Below are positions 1 to 9,974 of a stretch of DNA of 41,784 nt, piece by piece (the first letter of the stretch is position 1; every line of letters begins with the position of its first letter). Source of the stretch: Saprolegnia diclina VS20 (lineage: Eukaryota); the NCBI RefSeq assembly GCF_000281045.1, contig NW_008246093.1:129776-171559 (forward strand), in the 5' to 3' direction. The notes below the pieces were generated by a model, which was not told the origin of the DNA, searched no databases, and saw nothing but the letters and a program-made list of their open reading frames with translations. The translations under genes and the position numbers were made by a program.

Positions 1-50
1 CTCTGCTGGGCTTGACCCAACTTGAAGCGCCAGCCACCAACTTTACCATT

Positions 51-66
51 CTCATTTTTCAATTTG
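51..66 (+). promoter_or_regulatory. Oomycete initiator + flanking promoter region (Inr/FPR) core promoter of GIP-like gene 1
   Basis: CTCATTTTTCAATTTG matches the oomycete YCATTYYNCAWTTT consensus and ends just upstream of the ATG at 73. Confidence 0.75.
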
Positions 67-72
67 ATCATC

Positions 73-918
73 ATGGTCCAAATCGCCTCTGTCTTTGCTC
101 TCGCCGCCCTCACCGCCGTCCAGGCCACCCCGAACTCGGCCAACATGATCCAGGTCTTTGGTGGCAAGGAAGCCGAGATTGGCAAGCACCTCTACGTGAC
201 GGGTCGTCGCGAGGACGAGACGGACCAAAACTACTGCGGCGGTGCCGTCATCTCGCCGACGGCGATCCTCACGACTAGCTACTGCATCGAAGACGACAAC
301 ATCAACTACGTCTCGATCGGCTCGCACTACCTCAGCGGCGCCAAGGACGGCGAGCGCATCGCGGTCAAGAAGATCGTGCAACACCCCAAGTTCAACGACG
401 ACACGATGGTCTACGACTTTGTGGTTCTCGAGCTCGCCAACGCGACAACCGTGACGCCGATCGAGATCCTCTTTGACGAGAACGACCCGGCCGTTGCCCC
501 CGGCGCCGTCGCGACGGCCCGCGGCTGGGGCACGACCTCGGTGCTTGGCCCGCATTCGGACGTTCTCAAGGACGTCGACCTCAAGATCTGGTCCAACAAG
601 GACTGCCAGGCTGCTTTCGACAATCTCCACAACCCGTCGCTGACGCCCGCGGACGTGACGATGATCTGCGCCGACGGCATCAAGGGCGAGGGCACGTGTG
701 ATGACGACGAAGGCGGCCCGCTCACGGTCTCCAAGGACGGCAAAGAAATGCTCGTCGGTCTCACAAGCTGGAACGTTGCCTGCGCCCCGCCCGACCGCGC
801 CAGTATCTACTCTCGCTCTCGCAGGCCAAGGACTCTATTGCGCCGTGCCTTACCAAGCCGGCATGCTAGGCGATGGCATTCCGCAGCTCCGATCGGTGCG
901 GGTTTGTACGGACTATAA
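73..918 (+). CDS. Secreted trypsin-like (S1) serine protease homologue, predicted inactive (glucanase inhibitor protein-like); 3' frameshift, possibly a young pseudogene
   Basis: Signal peptide MVQIASVFALAALTAVQA and mature start VFGG; motifs YCGGAVIS, YDFVVLEL, ARGWG, MICA, GGPL, LVGLTSW. Catalytic His region reads TTSYC and Ser region DDEGG. A 1-nt deletion near 817 relative to the paralogue bypasses the ancestral ...KPAC-TAG at 867-869. Confidence 0.85.
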   Translation: MVQIASVFALAALTAVQATPNSANMIQVFGGKEAEIGKHLYVTGRREDETDQNYCGGAVISPTAILTTSYCIEDDNINYVSIGSHYLSGAKDGERIAVKKIVQHPKFNDDTMVYDFVVLELANATTVTPIEILFDENDPAVAPGAVATARGWGTTSVLGPHSDVLKDVDLKIWSNKDCQAAFDNLHNPSLTPADVTMICADGIKGEGTCDDDEGGPLTVSKDGKEMLVGLTSWNVACAPPDRASIYSRSRRPRTLLRRALPSRHARRWHSAAPIGAGLYGL

Positions 919-1624
919 CAAACGACAGTATGATTTCTACTTTCTACTACAATTGTACTACAGCCACGTGCAAAATACGAAGTACTTGAAAGGAAACGCT
1001 TGCACAATACGTCCTCTGACTATCAACGCGCGCAACACACTAAGTCTCGCTGCGGTCACGACCCCACTCGCATACGACCCATGAACGGCCCTCGACATGA
1101 ACGGCTACGAGACTGCGACTCTCTATGAACATCCGTCGGTGTCAAGACGGTGCTTGCACTGGTGATGTCACGAGCGGTGAGCGTCACAGCTTCCACCAAT
1201 GCTCTGTTGAGTGCGTGGAATAGGCGCATCGGAGACCACTGAAAGCATCGACCCATCCGTGGTATTCAGGAATGGCTCTAGTCAAAGACAGATGTCGCTG
1301 TGCGATTTGTGAGGCTGCTTAGGGAGACAACAGTCGGTGACACTGGAAATGGTATAGTAGAGAAAGCGACTTGGTTATAGACTAAGCTTTTCGCCTCAAA
1401 GCGGCCGGTGCAGCCAACACAGATACGACAGTGTGCCGTTGGATGCCGTGTTGGACGGCCATTCCAAAATGGATCGTTGCAGTATGTTTTTTCAACTAAA
1501 GACGACACTACGAAGCGAATAGATACCACGTCGACAAAGCAAGGACAAAAGTGAATTCAGTCGAAAGCCACTACAAAAAGCCTGTAATCGGTGTTGGTAG
1601 ACTCTACACATATTGCCCAAGCGT

Positions 1625-2443
1625 CTAGCACGCCGGCTTGGGAAGATATGGCGCAATAAAGTCCTTGGCCTGCGAGAGGCGCGCGTAGACACTGGGAATA
1701 CCAGCCTCACCGCAGACAACGCCCCAGCTCGTGAGACCGACGAGCACGTCCTTGCCGTTCTTGGTGACCGTGAGTGGGCCACCCATGTCGCCCTGGCACG
1801 TGTCCTCGCCTTTGACGCCACCCGCACAAACCATCGAGGTCGCCACCGCCGGGATGGACGGATCATTGAGCTTGGTGAACGCGGCCTGGCAGTCCTTGTT
1901 GGACCAGATCTTGAGGCCGACCTCTTTGAGAACGTTGGACTGCGGGCTCATGAGGCTCGTTGTGCCCCAGCCCCGGGCGACACCCGTGACACCGGGCGCG
2001 TTGGCCGCATCGTCCTCGAATGAAACCTCGATCGGCAACACCTTGGACGGGTTCTCCAACTCGAGGATTGCATAGTCGTAGACCATCGTCTCCATGTTGA
2101 ACTTGGGGTGCGACACGATCGTCTTGACCTTGATGCGCTCACCGTCCGAGGTGCCGTTCAGAAAATGGGACCCCACGGACACATACTGGGCCCAGTCGCC
2201 GTACGCGCATTGCGCCGTCGTGAGCACGGCCGTCGGCGAGATGAGCGACCCACCGCACTCGTTCTTCTTGATTTCGGTTTGGCGCAGGCCGGTCACGTAG
2301 AGGTGCTTGCCGACCTCGGCCTCGTTGCCGCCAATGACTTCAATGGCTTCGGTGTGCGTCGCGCCGTGGCGACCCTTGATGTACGAGGTAGGCGCCGCGA
2401 GGGCTGCAGAGGCGAGTAGCGCGAAGGACGCGATGTGGACCAT
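1625..2443 (-). CDS. Secreted trypsin-like (S1) serine protease homologue, predicted inactive (GIP-like), 272 aa, intronless
   Basis: ATG at 2443 gives MVHIASFALLASAALAAP; motifs VIGG, CGGSLISP, TTAQC (His->Gln), YDYAILEL, RGWG, CQGDMGGPL (Ser->Met), SWGVVCG; ends PKPAC. Confidence 0.9.
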   Translation of the reverse strand: MVHIASFALLASAALAAPTSYIKGRHGATHTEAIEVIGGNEAEVGKHLYVTGLRQTEIKKNECGGSLISPTAVLTTAQCAYGDWAQYVSVGSHFLNGTSDGERIKVKTIVSHPKFNMETMVYDYAILELENPSKVLPIEVSFEDDAANAPGVTGVARGWGTTSLMSPQSNVLKEVGLKIWSNKDCQAAFTKLNDPSIPAVATSMVCAGGVKGEDTCQGDMGGPLTVTKNGKDVLVGLTSWGVVCGEAGIPSVYARLSQAKDFIAPYLPKPAC

Positions 2444-2450
2444 ACTGAGA

Positions 2451-2465
2451 AGATTTGAAAATGAC
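2451..2465 (-). promoter_or_regulatory. Inr/FPR-like core promoter of GIP-like gene 2
   Basis: Minus strand GTCATTTTCAAATCT just upstream of the ATG; a near-identical element precedes the pseudogene copy at about 5784-5798. Confidence 0.6.
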
Positions 2466-3526
2466 AAGGAAGGATTCAGGTGCTTGGGAGGCGCGTCAAT
2501 GTACCACGACGCACATTGAAGTTGCTCCACGACAGTGTGCGACCGTGGCACAACCCGCTGTCATCGGCCCACGGCACCTAGAGCCGCTGGCCCATATGTC
2601 AGCAACATATGGTCAACTTGAGACGGATTCGAGAATTGGAGAGACGCTCCACAACCGGTCGAGCAAACTTCTTCAAACAAAAAAGCAAATGGATATGGCA
2701 GCGTACGAGTGTGATTAGACAGAAAGCAAGGTCGGACAGCATGCCCAGAGACGAGTACCTATACTCACTTGGTAATGAGAAAGTTCATTCCAACATCAAC
2801 ATGGCTGAACGCATCGTGAGCCGAGAGGTCGCATGATGACGCACTGGACGCGCACAAGCGCTCGCTCCAGTCGTCCACGACATGCGCGCATTTGATCAAT
2901 CCCTAGATATTACATAAACGCTGGGTAGAAACGTAACCAGTTACTCGCTCGACACTCACCAGACACCGTGCCCGCAACACATCTGGTGTACGAGAAGCAG
3001 TTGGGTGTCAGTTCCGGCTCACGTCGTGCTAGCGCAGACACGAAATTTTCCTTCTACAATGTTGCTCGTATCCTTTCGAACACATCAACTGTGTCTGGCT
3101 CATGTGAGGAAATGGTTTATAGCCAAAGGATCAAAATGGCAACACGGCGATTTCTTCCAAAGCTCCCTCTCAAAAGTCCAACCAACAACAAAAATGCAGC
3201 CGCAGCACGCGCTCTAAAGCCCGTCGGTCACCAGTCTCTGGGCTTCGTTCGCACAACTGCGCCAGTATGTCGATGATTTTCAAATCGGAATCCCGCATGC
3301 GGCGGGCGGACGCAGATTGAAAAATGTGGACCACCGATTGCATATCCTTTCGGTATTCGGCTTGGACTCTCCGTACGCCGTACGTGCTCCTCTAATTTCA
3401 CACCGCCAACGACCCCACTACCTGATCGCGGTGTAAAGTGCGGTTGAAGAATGTTTTTGTCAAAAATTACTGTCGCTCACTCGTGTTCTTCGAAAAGCGG
3501 CGCTGCCAAAAAGCAAAGAACAAACG

Positions 3527-3874
3527 ATGGGTCGCTGGCTGCTCTGCGGTACGCTCACGTCGCTCTTTGGCGCGGTCTTTCTCAGTCTTCTCGGGTGCAT
3601 CCTCTCCATCCAACCCGACTTTGTACACGGTCTCAAGCGTTCTGTATCCCCGACTGCCCACGCCGCCAACTGCTGGGTCGGTGCGATGGCGTATGCCACG
3701 TCACTCGTCGTCTGCGTCGGGCTCTCGTGCTGGGAGCGGCGCCGGCAAGTGCTTGATAACGACGCCAAGCTCAACCCCGTGTACGAGCTCAAGACCCTCC
3801 AGCGATCGCTGGATTCTTGGGAAGACCTCGGGACGCCGCCCCGATTCGTAGAGGACGATCAAACCCTCATGTAA
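3527..3874 (+). CDS. RNase kappa (RNASEK) / V-ATPase subunit f-like two-TM protein, 115 aa
   Basis: Pattern C-x3-S-x2-G-x2-FL-x2-LG, then loop QPDF, then AANCWVGAMAY, resembling RNASEK (CGIVLSAWG...YNCFIAAGLY); two hydrophobic segments; paralogous to 5048-5503. Confidence 0.65.
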   Translation: MGRWLLCGTLTSLFGAVFLSLLGCILSIQPDFVHGLKRSVSPTAHAANCWVGAMAYATSLVVCVGLSCWERRRQVLDNDAKLNPVYELKTLQRSLDSWEDLGTPPRFVEDDQTLM

Positions 3875-4081
3875 GTCGACGTGGTAAAGATAATGTATCT
3901 GTGCACCAATAAATACACTTGTCCGTCCGCGATAACACGGTATTTCCCGCCTTTGTTGCACGAGAACTACTGTATGTCCAGCGACCATAGCTCGCATGCT
4001 TTCGCGAGTGAGCAACCATAGTACCATCGTTGCCAGCACTTTGATATCGACCATCTTTGTACAGGGTTATAACTCGTTGCG

Positions 4082-4414
4082 CTAGCACTTGTAGACGAGG
4101 ATGCCAATTTCGCCGACGTACATGTAGAGCATGTGTCGTTGCTGGTAGCTAATGTCAAAGCCGTAGCCTTCGCCGATAAAGCAGTGCCAGAAGGACCCAA
4201 ATTTCTTGTCCATGCTCTGCTTGATGAGCTGCGCGGCCGCTTCATAGTTCTTGACCGGCACGTGCTTGTCGACCGCCATCGTGATGATCTCGACCGTCTC
4301 GGTGCACACCTCGGCCGTCATGTCGTTGTGCTTGATGAACGGCCGCGACGAGATCTTGCGGTACTCGGCGTCCGAGAGCTCGCTCGACGGCAGCTCGGCC
4401 TTGGCGTCGGGCAT
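4082..4414 (-). CDS. DNAL4: Axonemal dynein light chain 4 (LC8 family, DNAL4/LC10), 110 aa
   Basis: EYRKISSRPFIKHNDM...AAAQLIKQSMDKKFGSFWHCFIGEGYGFDIS...YMY...VYKC matches the DNAL4 subfamily pattern. Confidence 0.9.
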   Translation of the reverse strand: MPDAKAELPSSELSDAEYRKISSRPFIKHNDMTAEVCTETVEIITMAVDKHVPVKNYEAAAQLIKQSMDKKFGSFWHCFIGEGYGFDISYQQRHMLYMYVGEIGILVYKC

Positions 4415-5047
4415 GGCGCTTCAAGATTTGCGATCTTGAAGGGACGCCCGTCTCGGAACATACACTACATATAATATGCTCAATATAGTGTATTGAAAAT
4501 TCCGCGATAGACCTCTCTGTGCGCAGCTCCACGACCATGTCCTGGTGCCAGCAAGTCCCACGTGTTCCGGCGTAGTGCTATGTATGCAGCGTCTGAGCGT
4601 TCGATGTTGCTGCGCAACTCTTGACGCGACTGCTGTGGGCGACGATAGCACACTATTTGCATCAAACAGCCAACCTTTCGGCGATGGGCTTGAGTGGGTC
4701 GAAGGTGAGCCGCCATGGTGGGCTCGCGTGGGCCAAAGGAATCAACTACAAGTGACATGACTCCTACGTTGAGCGAGAATCGACTTTGTATGTGGCACAA
4801 GGCCCATCGTCGCAGCGCCTGCAGGGTGCACACGCGATTCCTATTTGCCGGCAGGGCTGCGCCATGATGGCGAAACGCGAGGTGGGCCAGTCGATGGCCA
4901 TGTTGATGGTGTCGTTGCCATTGAGGAGATTCTCGACTCGCTACTGTGATGTAAGCGAAAGCGCTGGCAAGTCTGTGGCCGCTCATCGTGTCTTTTCTTA
5001 CGCCGACGACAGGAGTGTACAAATGCAATCTGCGTTGATGCGCTAGG

Positions 5048-5503
5048 TTATTCGGCTTTGCGCGGCTTGGGCCGCTTTCCGCCGCGTGGGCTGCCTTCGC
5101 CCTTGACGAAGCTTACCATCTCGTCGCTGTGCATGACCTTGGCGTTCATGATCTGGCTCTTGATGGCGCCGAGGACCGAGCTCGACGGCTTGATTTCGCG
5201 CAAGTCGTTGTCGTCGTCGGCGTCGAGTTTGAGGCGCTCGAGCTCGTCGTCGGTAGTCACAACGCCATAGCGCAGCGCAGCTTCTTCGTGGTGCTTGCGC
5301 AAGAGGTAATACGAGCCCGCAAACGTGAGCCCGTAGAGGACGGCGGCGTACATGCACGAGTTCTTGGCCGTCGGCGCCTTGGCATGGTGGTAGCCGCGGA
5401 TGTACTCGGGCTGCGCGCTCAAGAGGATGGCCATGATGGTGAGGAAGACCATCCCGACGACCGAGAAGCCGGCGCAGCATGTCAAGCACCCGACTTTGCC
5501 CAT
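5048..5503 (-). CDS. RNASEK / V-ATPase subunit f-like two-TM protein with charged C-terminal extension, 151 aa
   Basis: CCAGFSVVGMVFLTIMAILL-SAQPEYI...NSCMYAAVLYGLTF fits the RNASEK pattern; strong coding codon bias. Confidence 0.7.
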   Translation of the reverse strand: MGKVGCLTCCAGFSVVGMVFLTIMAILLSAQPEYIRGYHHAKAPTAKNSCMYAAVLYGLTFAGSYYLLRKHHEEAALRYGVVTTDDELERLKLDADDDNDLREIKPSSSVLGAIKSQIMNAKVMHSDEMVSFVKGEGSPRGGKRPKPRKAE

Positions 5504-5690
5504 GGCTGCAAATCCCGACTGGTCGAGGGTGGGTTTCGCCGTCTATTTTTAGAAACCTCTTTTTTATTATATATAAACTATGACAGGCAACCGCAACCTG
5601 GCGACATCATGCGCATTCGTTGTCAAAATAAAGTTGGACTTTTGTCGCCCAGTACAAGGGATAGGTTTAGCGTGTGGAGGGAAGACGAGC

Positions 5691-5735
5691 TTGTTCAAAG
5701 TCTGGTCCAACAAAGACTGCCAAACCGCTCATGAC
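5691..5735 (+). pseudogene. Isolated fragment of a GIP-like gene
   Basis: Translates LFKVWSNKDCQTAH versus LKIWSNKDCQAAF in both intact paralogues; DNA tctggtccaacaaagactgcca is nearly identical to about 587-608. Confidence 0.7.
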
Positions 5736-5805
5736 TCGATGCCAGATCGGTGGACCCTTGCCTCTGATCTGGTGTCTTTCAATCTCATTTTGAAATCGTC
5801 TCAGT

Positions 5806-6285
5806 ATGATTTCTATCACGTCGCTTGCGCTCCTCGCCTCGGCAGTGGTGGTGGCGCCCGTCTTGTACCTCTGTAAGCAGATCGCAACGCAGCGTGACCA
5901 GCCTCCGATCGGCTGAGAGGACGGACAGCGTCTGTAGCAGGCGCTCACTGCGCCGACGATCGTGCTCACGACGGTGCGGTGCGCCAAATACAACCTGGTC
6001 CCATACGCCTCGGTGGGTCGCACTGTGTCCGCGGCAGCGCTGACGGCGAGCGCATCCAAGTCCAAACGCCAAGTTCCACCCAAGTTCACCGAGAACTCGC
6101 TCGTCTACGACTTTGCGATTGTCGAGTTGGAGGCGCCATCCAAGATCACGCCGGTCGAGACTTCGTTCGAGAACGACGCGGCCAACTCCGTCCGTGGCTG
6201 GGGCTTTGACGCACCATAACCGATGGGCGGCACGAGATCGCCTGTACTCAAGGCACTGAGCCTTAGATCTTGGCCAGCAGGATTT
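5806..6285 (+). pseudogene. Decayed GIP-like trypsin homologue (third copy)
   Basis: Retains promoter and ATG context (tcattttgaaatcgtctcagtATG), signal peptide MISITSLALLASAVVVAP, and pieces VLTTVRCA, GSHCVRGSADGERIQV, PKFTENSLVYDFAIVELEAPSKITPVETSFENDAA, RGWG, SPVLK in different frames, with stops and deletions. Confidence 0.9.
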
Positions 6286-6540
6286 TCCTTTCAAAAGAGG
6301 AGAACGTACGCCTCGTGCGCAGGCCTTCGTGTCCTCGCCTCGGGGACCAAAAGCGCTGTTTGTGTAACAGAAGCCATTGTCCATCTCGACAAGTGGTCCG
6401 ACGGGCCACTGCGCCAAATGAACCAGATGTGGTTCGTCTTGGTTTAAAGCACTTGGCGCGGACATTGAATTGCCAGCCGCACAACAGTAACTCAAGTACC
6501 ATCGCTGCATGTCCTCTGCGATTCACGTGAGTCATTCCTA

Positions 6541-9500
6541 CTACTCTTCGTCCCGAAATGACTCGCTGCTCAAGCGCCGAAGGTGTGTCACGTTGTCCAC
6601 GTCGTCGGTCTCGTCACTCGCGGTGGCCTTGGCGGCAAGAATTGCCAACACGGTCGCAAGCGCAGCCCACTTTTTCCAAGTCTTTTGAACGCTGCGTCGA
6701 TGGCGGTAGAGTCCGTAGCCAAGACAAAGTGCAAGAAACGTGAACCGCTTCCAGCGCCAGCCCCCGCCACGGACCAGGCTCTCGCTGCTGCCAGCATGGT
6801 CTTCTTCCAGCACGGGTGTCCTAATCGAGAATGTATCAACTTGATACATTCGTATCATTGCGTAGCGTACAAGCCGGAACGCAACGTCTTGGCACTGTTC
6901 TTGCGCGAGACACTGCAGGACTCCACGACGAGCGACGGCGGCGTCGACGTAAACGAGATTTGCGGCGTGTGGTGCATGTGACGCCCGAGCATCGTCTGCA
7001 TGTCCGAGACCGAGTAGTTGCGGTTGCTCTAGACGATGTTGCGATAAATGGATAAATATATGGATAGATGGATAGATCGATGGATAGATACCTTGGTCAG
7101 CGCGAGACGAATGTTGTTGAGAAGCGTCACGACTTGCAACTGGTCTTCGAGAAAGTACTGCGCTTGCGTCGCCTTGTGTCCGACCGTGCACGTGACGACT
7201 ACAACAGACAATAATGTCCACAAGTGTAGGCTACACTAGAAGAAACCTGTCGGAATATGGATCGCCTTGGAGAACGCATCGACCGCCTCAAACATGAGTT
7301 CGTCGGCCACGTCGTCGCCCATGGCCAAAACAAAGTCGACGGGCGTTTCCGAGTCTTTGCGGAGTTTGTTGAGGATTTGGCCGACAATCTTGCCCTTCCC
7401 GAGACCATCGGGCCGCACTTCAATGTAGTCCTTGCCCTGGATGATGCTCAGCGGCCAATTCTACACTCCGTGTTTGGATCGCTTTTTCATCCTATTGAGC
7501 GAGAAGCATACCGCGAGCTGCGCCTCGAGCTGCTCCTTGAGGTCCATGGCTTGCATGAGCCCGTACTCGGGGTCCGACTTTGCGTAGCGAAACAGAATCG
7601 AACTCCGTCGCATCTCGAGCGCCGACCCGTTCGTGCGGTCGACATACACTTGCATGATGACCTGGGCCTTCTCACGCCACTTGCCGCAGGCGGCATTGAC
7701 ACGAAACACGTCCCCGTAGAGCTCCCACGGCCTACACGATAACGTCATCGTACTTAGTTCGCACGCATCACGAGTACTTGTCGATGCGAGCCGAGTGGCC
7801 AAGGTACGCCCAGCGCAAGAAGTACCCGTGCTCGGCCACGAGCCCCAGGCCAGGGACGGACCCAAACTTGTCCGAGAGCAGCTCGCAGTTGCAGCCGCTC
7901 ACCACAAACACCGAGTTGCGCTTGTCGCGGCAGAGGATCTCGAGGCTCGAGAGCACGCTCACGGGCACGTCGGGCCACACAATCCCGAAGTCCGACGACA
8001 CGTCCGGCGCTAATGTGCGGTAGTAGTCGAAGAAGAAGACGCGGCGTGAGCTCTTGCGGTACAAGTCGAGAAACTTCTCTTCCTGGAGCAGCGTGAGCAC
8101 GACCGGCGACTCGGGTAAAAAGTGCGTCCCGGCCTTGACGATCGCGGCGGCCTTGGCAATGTCCGAGACGACGCAGTACGCCCAGCGCACGGGCGAGTGG
8201 GCGCCGATGGTCACGAGGTCGCAGTCGCGTCGAAACTCGCGCTCTTTGGCCGGCATGTGCACAGCGGTCGCCATCGCCTTGGCGATCGCCGTCACGTCCC
8301 ACGGGTTGACCACCAAGGCGCCGTGGAGCAAGCGGCTGCTGGCGGCGCGTTCGCTCAAAATGGCAATCCCAGTGGCATTTCTATCGCCAATCCCGAAGGA
8401 ATAAGAACAATAAGAATAGAGGGGGCGTACCGGTGGGCCACAATGTACTCGAAGGCACTAATGTTGAGGCCTTCTTGGAGCACAGTCGAGACAAAGACCT
8501 CGGCCACGCGCCAGAGCGCGAGCCGCTCAGCACACGTGAGGTTGCGCCGCGTGAGGTGGAAGACGACCACAGGCTCGGGGTACTTGGCATTAAGCCGATC
8601 GACGACCGCTTGCACTTGCTAGATAGGCACTTGATAATTTCTCGCCCGAGAGCAAACATTAGATAGTCTTCGCACCTCGTAATAGTCGGGTGTACCGAGA
8701 AACTTGGTCAACACACCGAATTGGAGCAGCATGATGCGCGTCTGCTGCGCCGGGTTGCTGTCCAAAAACTACACAGCAAGTGTTGAGGCGTCGCTTGGGA
8801 TATGGAGCATAGCAATGTACGAGCTCCAAGGCTGCGAGCTTCCCGAGGACGCCATGGAACGGGTCCAAGACGTCGACGCCCGCAAAGAGCATCTTGCGGG
8901 GGTAGGCTTGTCGGTACGCAATGACTTGGTCGGTCACGGCGGCCGTCCCGAGCTGCTTCTCGAGCTAGATACATGCATATGTATCAATGTATCAAGGGCA
9001 CCAAATCCATGTACCCGCGCGCCGTCGACCGTGAGCTGCGAGCACGTGATCGCGATGCGTCGCCCGCCGTACTCGATGCCAAACTGGCCTTGGACCATCG
9101 CCGGCGACGAGATGCCAAGGAGGACCTTGCACGCGGAGAGAAAGTTCTTGGCATGTCTAGACCCGTCACTGATACAACGGCTCAAAGGCGCGTACGTACT
9201 CGTAGAGGTGGAAGCCGATCAAGTTGGCTTGGAGCATGCTCTTGAGAAGCTCGGCGCGGGTGCTCACAATGCGAAACACGCTCAGCGCCGGAAACGGTAC
9301 GTGGAAGAAGAGCCCGACGGGCGGCGGCGTCAAGCGCAAGAGCCGGTGCAAGTACATGGGCACAAAGCTCACTTGGTAGTCCTGGAGCCAAATGTGGTCG
9401 CCGGGCTCATACGCCTTGGCGAGTGTCGTCGCAATGTCCCGGTTGATGTTGAGCATGGCCGGCCACGCGGGGGCCGCCTGCGTGAACGCACCGGGCATGC

Positions 9501-9974
9501 CATCGGGATGGACGATGCCATGGAAGGCCGGCCACAGCGACTGCTTGCAAAACGCATCAAAGATCATTCGGTCGGCGTCGTTGGTGATAAAGACAGGTGT
9601 GCAAAAGTACTCGGCGCAGACCTACGACGTCGATCACCAGGCGCCGTCAACGCGACACGTACCCGGCACACCTCGGCCTCTTCGTGCGGTGCAATCTCAA
9701 AGGACACGTCGAGGCAGCCCACAAACTTGATCTTGCGCCGCGTCGAGCCGACGCGGAAGAGGTCTTCGTGCGAGAACGCGTGCGTCGACGCCAGGAGCGC
9801 GTCGCCCGTCGGCTCGGCGCGGAACTTGCCGTGGCCTTCTTTCACGAGCAGCAATGGCAGGTAGTAGGCGCAGATGATGAGCGGGATCTGCGACGGCGGT
9901 GTCGACGGCTGCAGCACGGCGCGGTTGCGCATGCCATGCACCATGGACGGCCGGTGCACGGCCCGCGGATCCAT
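6541..9974 (-). CDS. TPS: Trehalose-6-phosphate synthase/phosphatase fusion (GT20 + HAD TPP), multi-exon, degenerate catalytic motifs
   Basis: Exon peptides FCKQSLWPAFH, IWLQDYQ, GLFFHVPFP, LIGFHLYE, GVDVLD, EGLNISAFEY, SERAASSRLLHGALVVNPWD, FFDYYRTL, VFVVSG, LVAEHGYF, GKDYIEVRPDGLGKG, GDDVADELMF, CTVG. Examples of GT-AG introns at about 9157-9199 and 9622-9671. ATG 9974, stop 6541. Confidence 0.9.
7045..7090. repeat. Imperfect GATA/GATG microsatellite in a TPS intron
   Basis: ataaatggataaatatatggatagatggatagatcgatggatagata. Confidence 0.7.

Noticed and set aside
2833..2900. ATGATGA box C-like motif (possible C/D snoRNA)
   Set aside because: No properly placed CTGA box D or terminal stem
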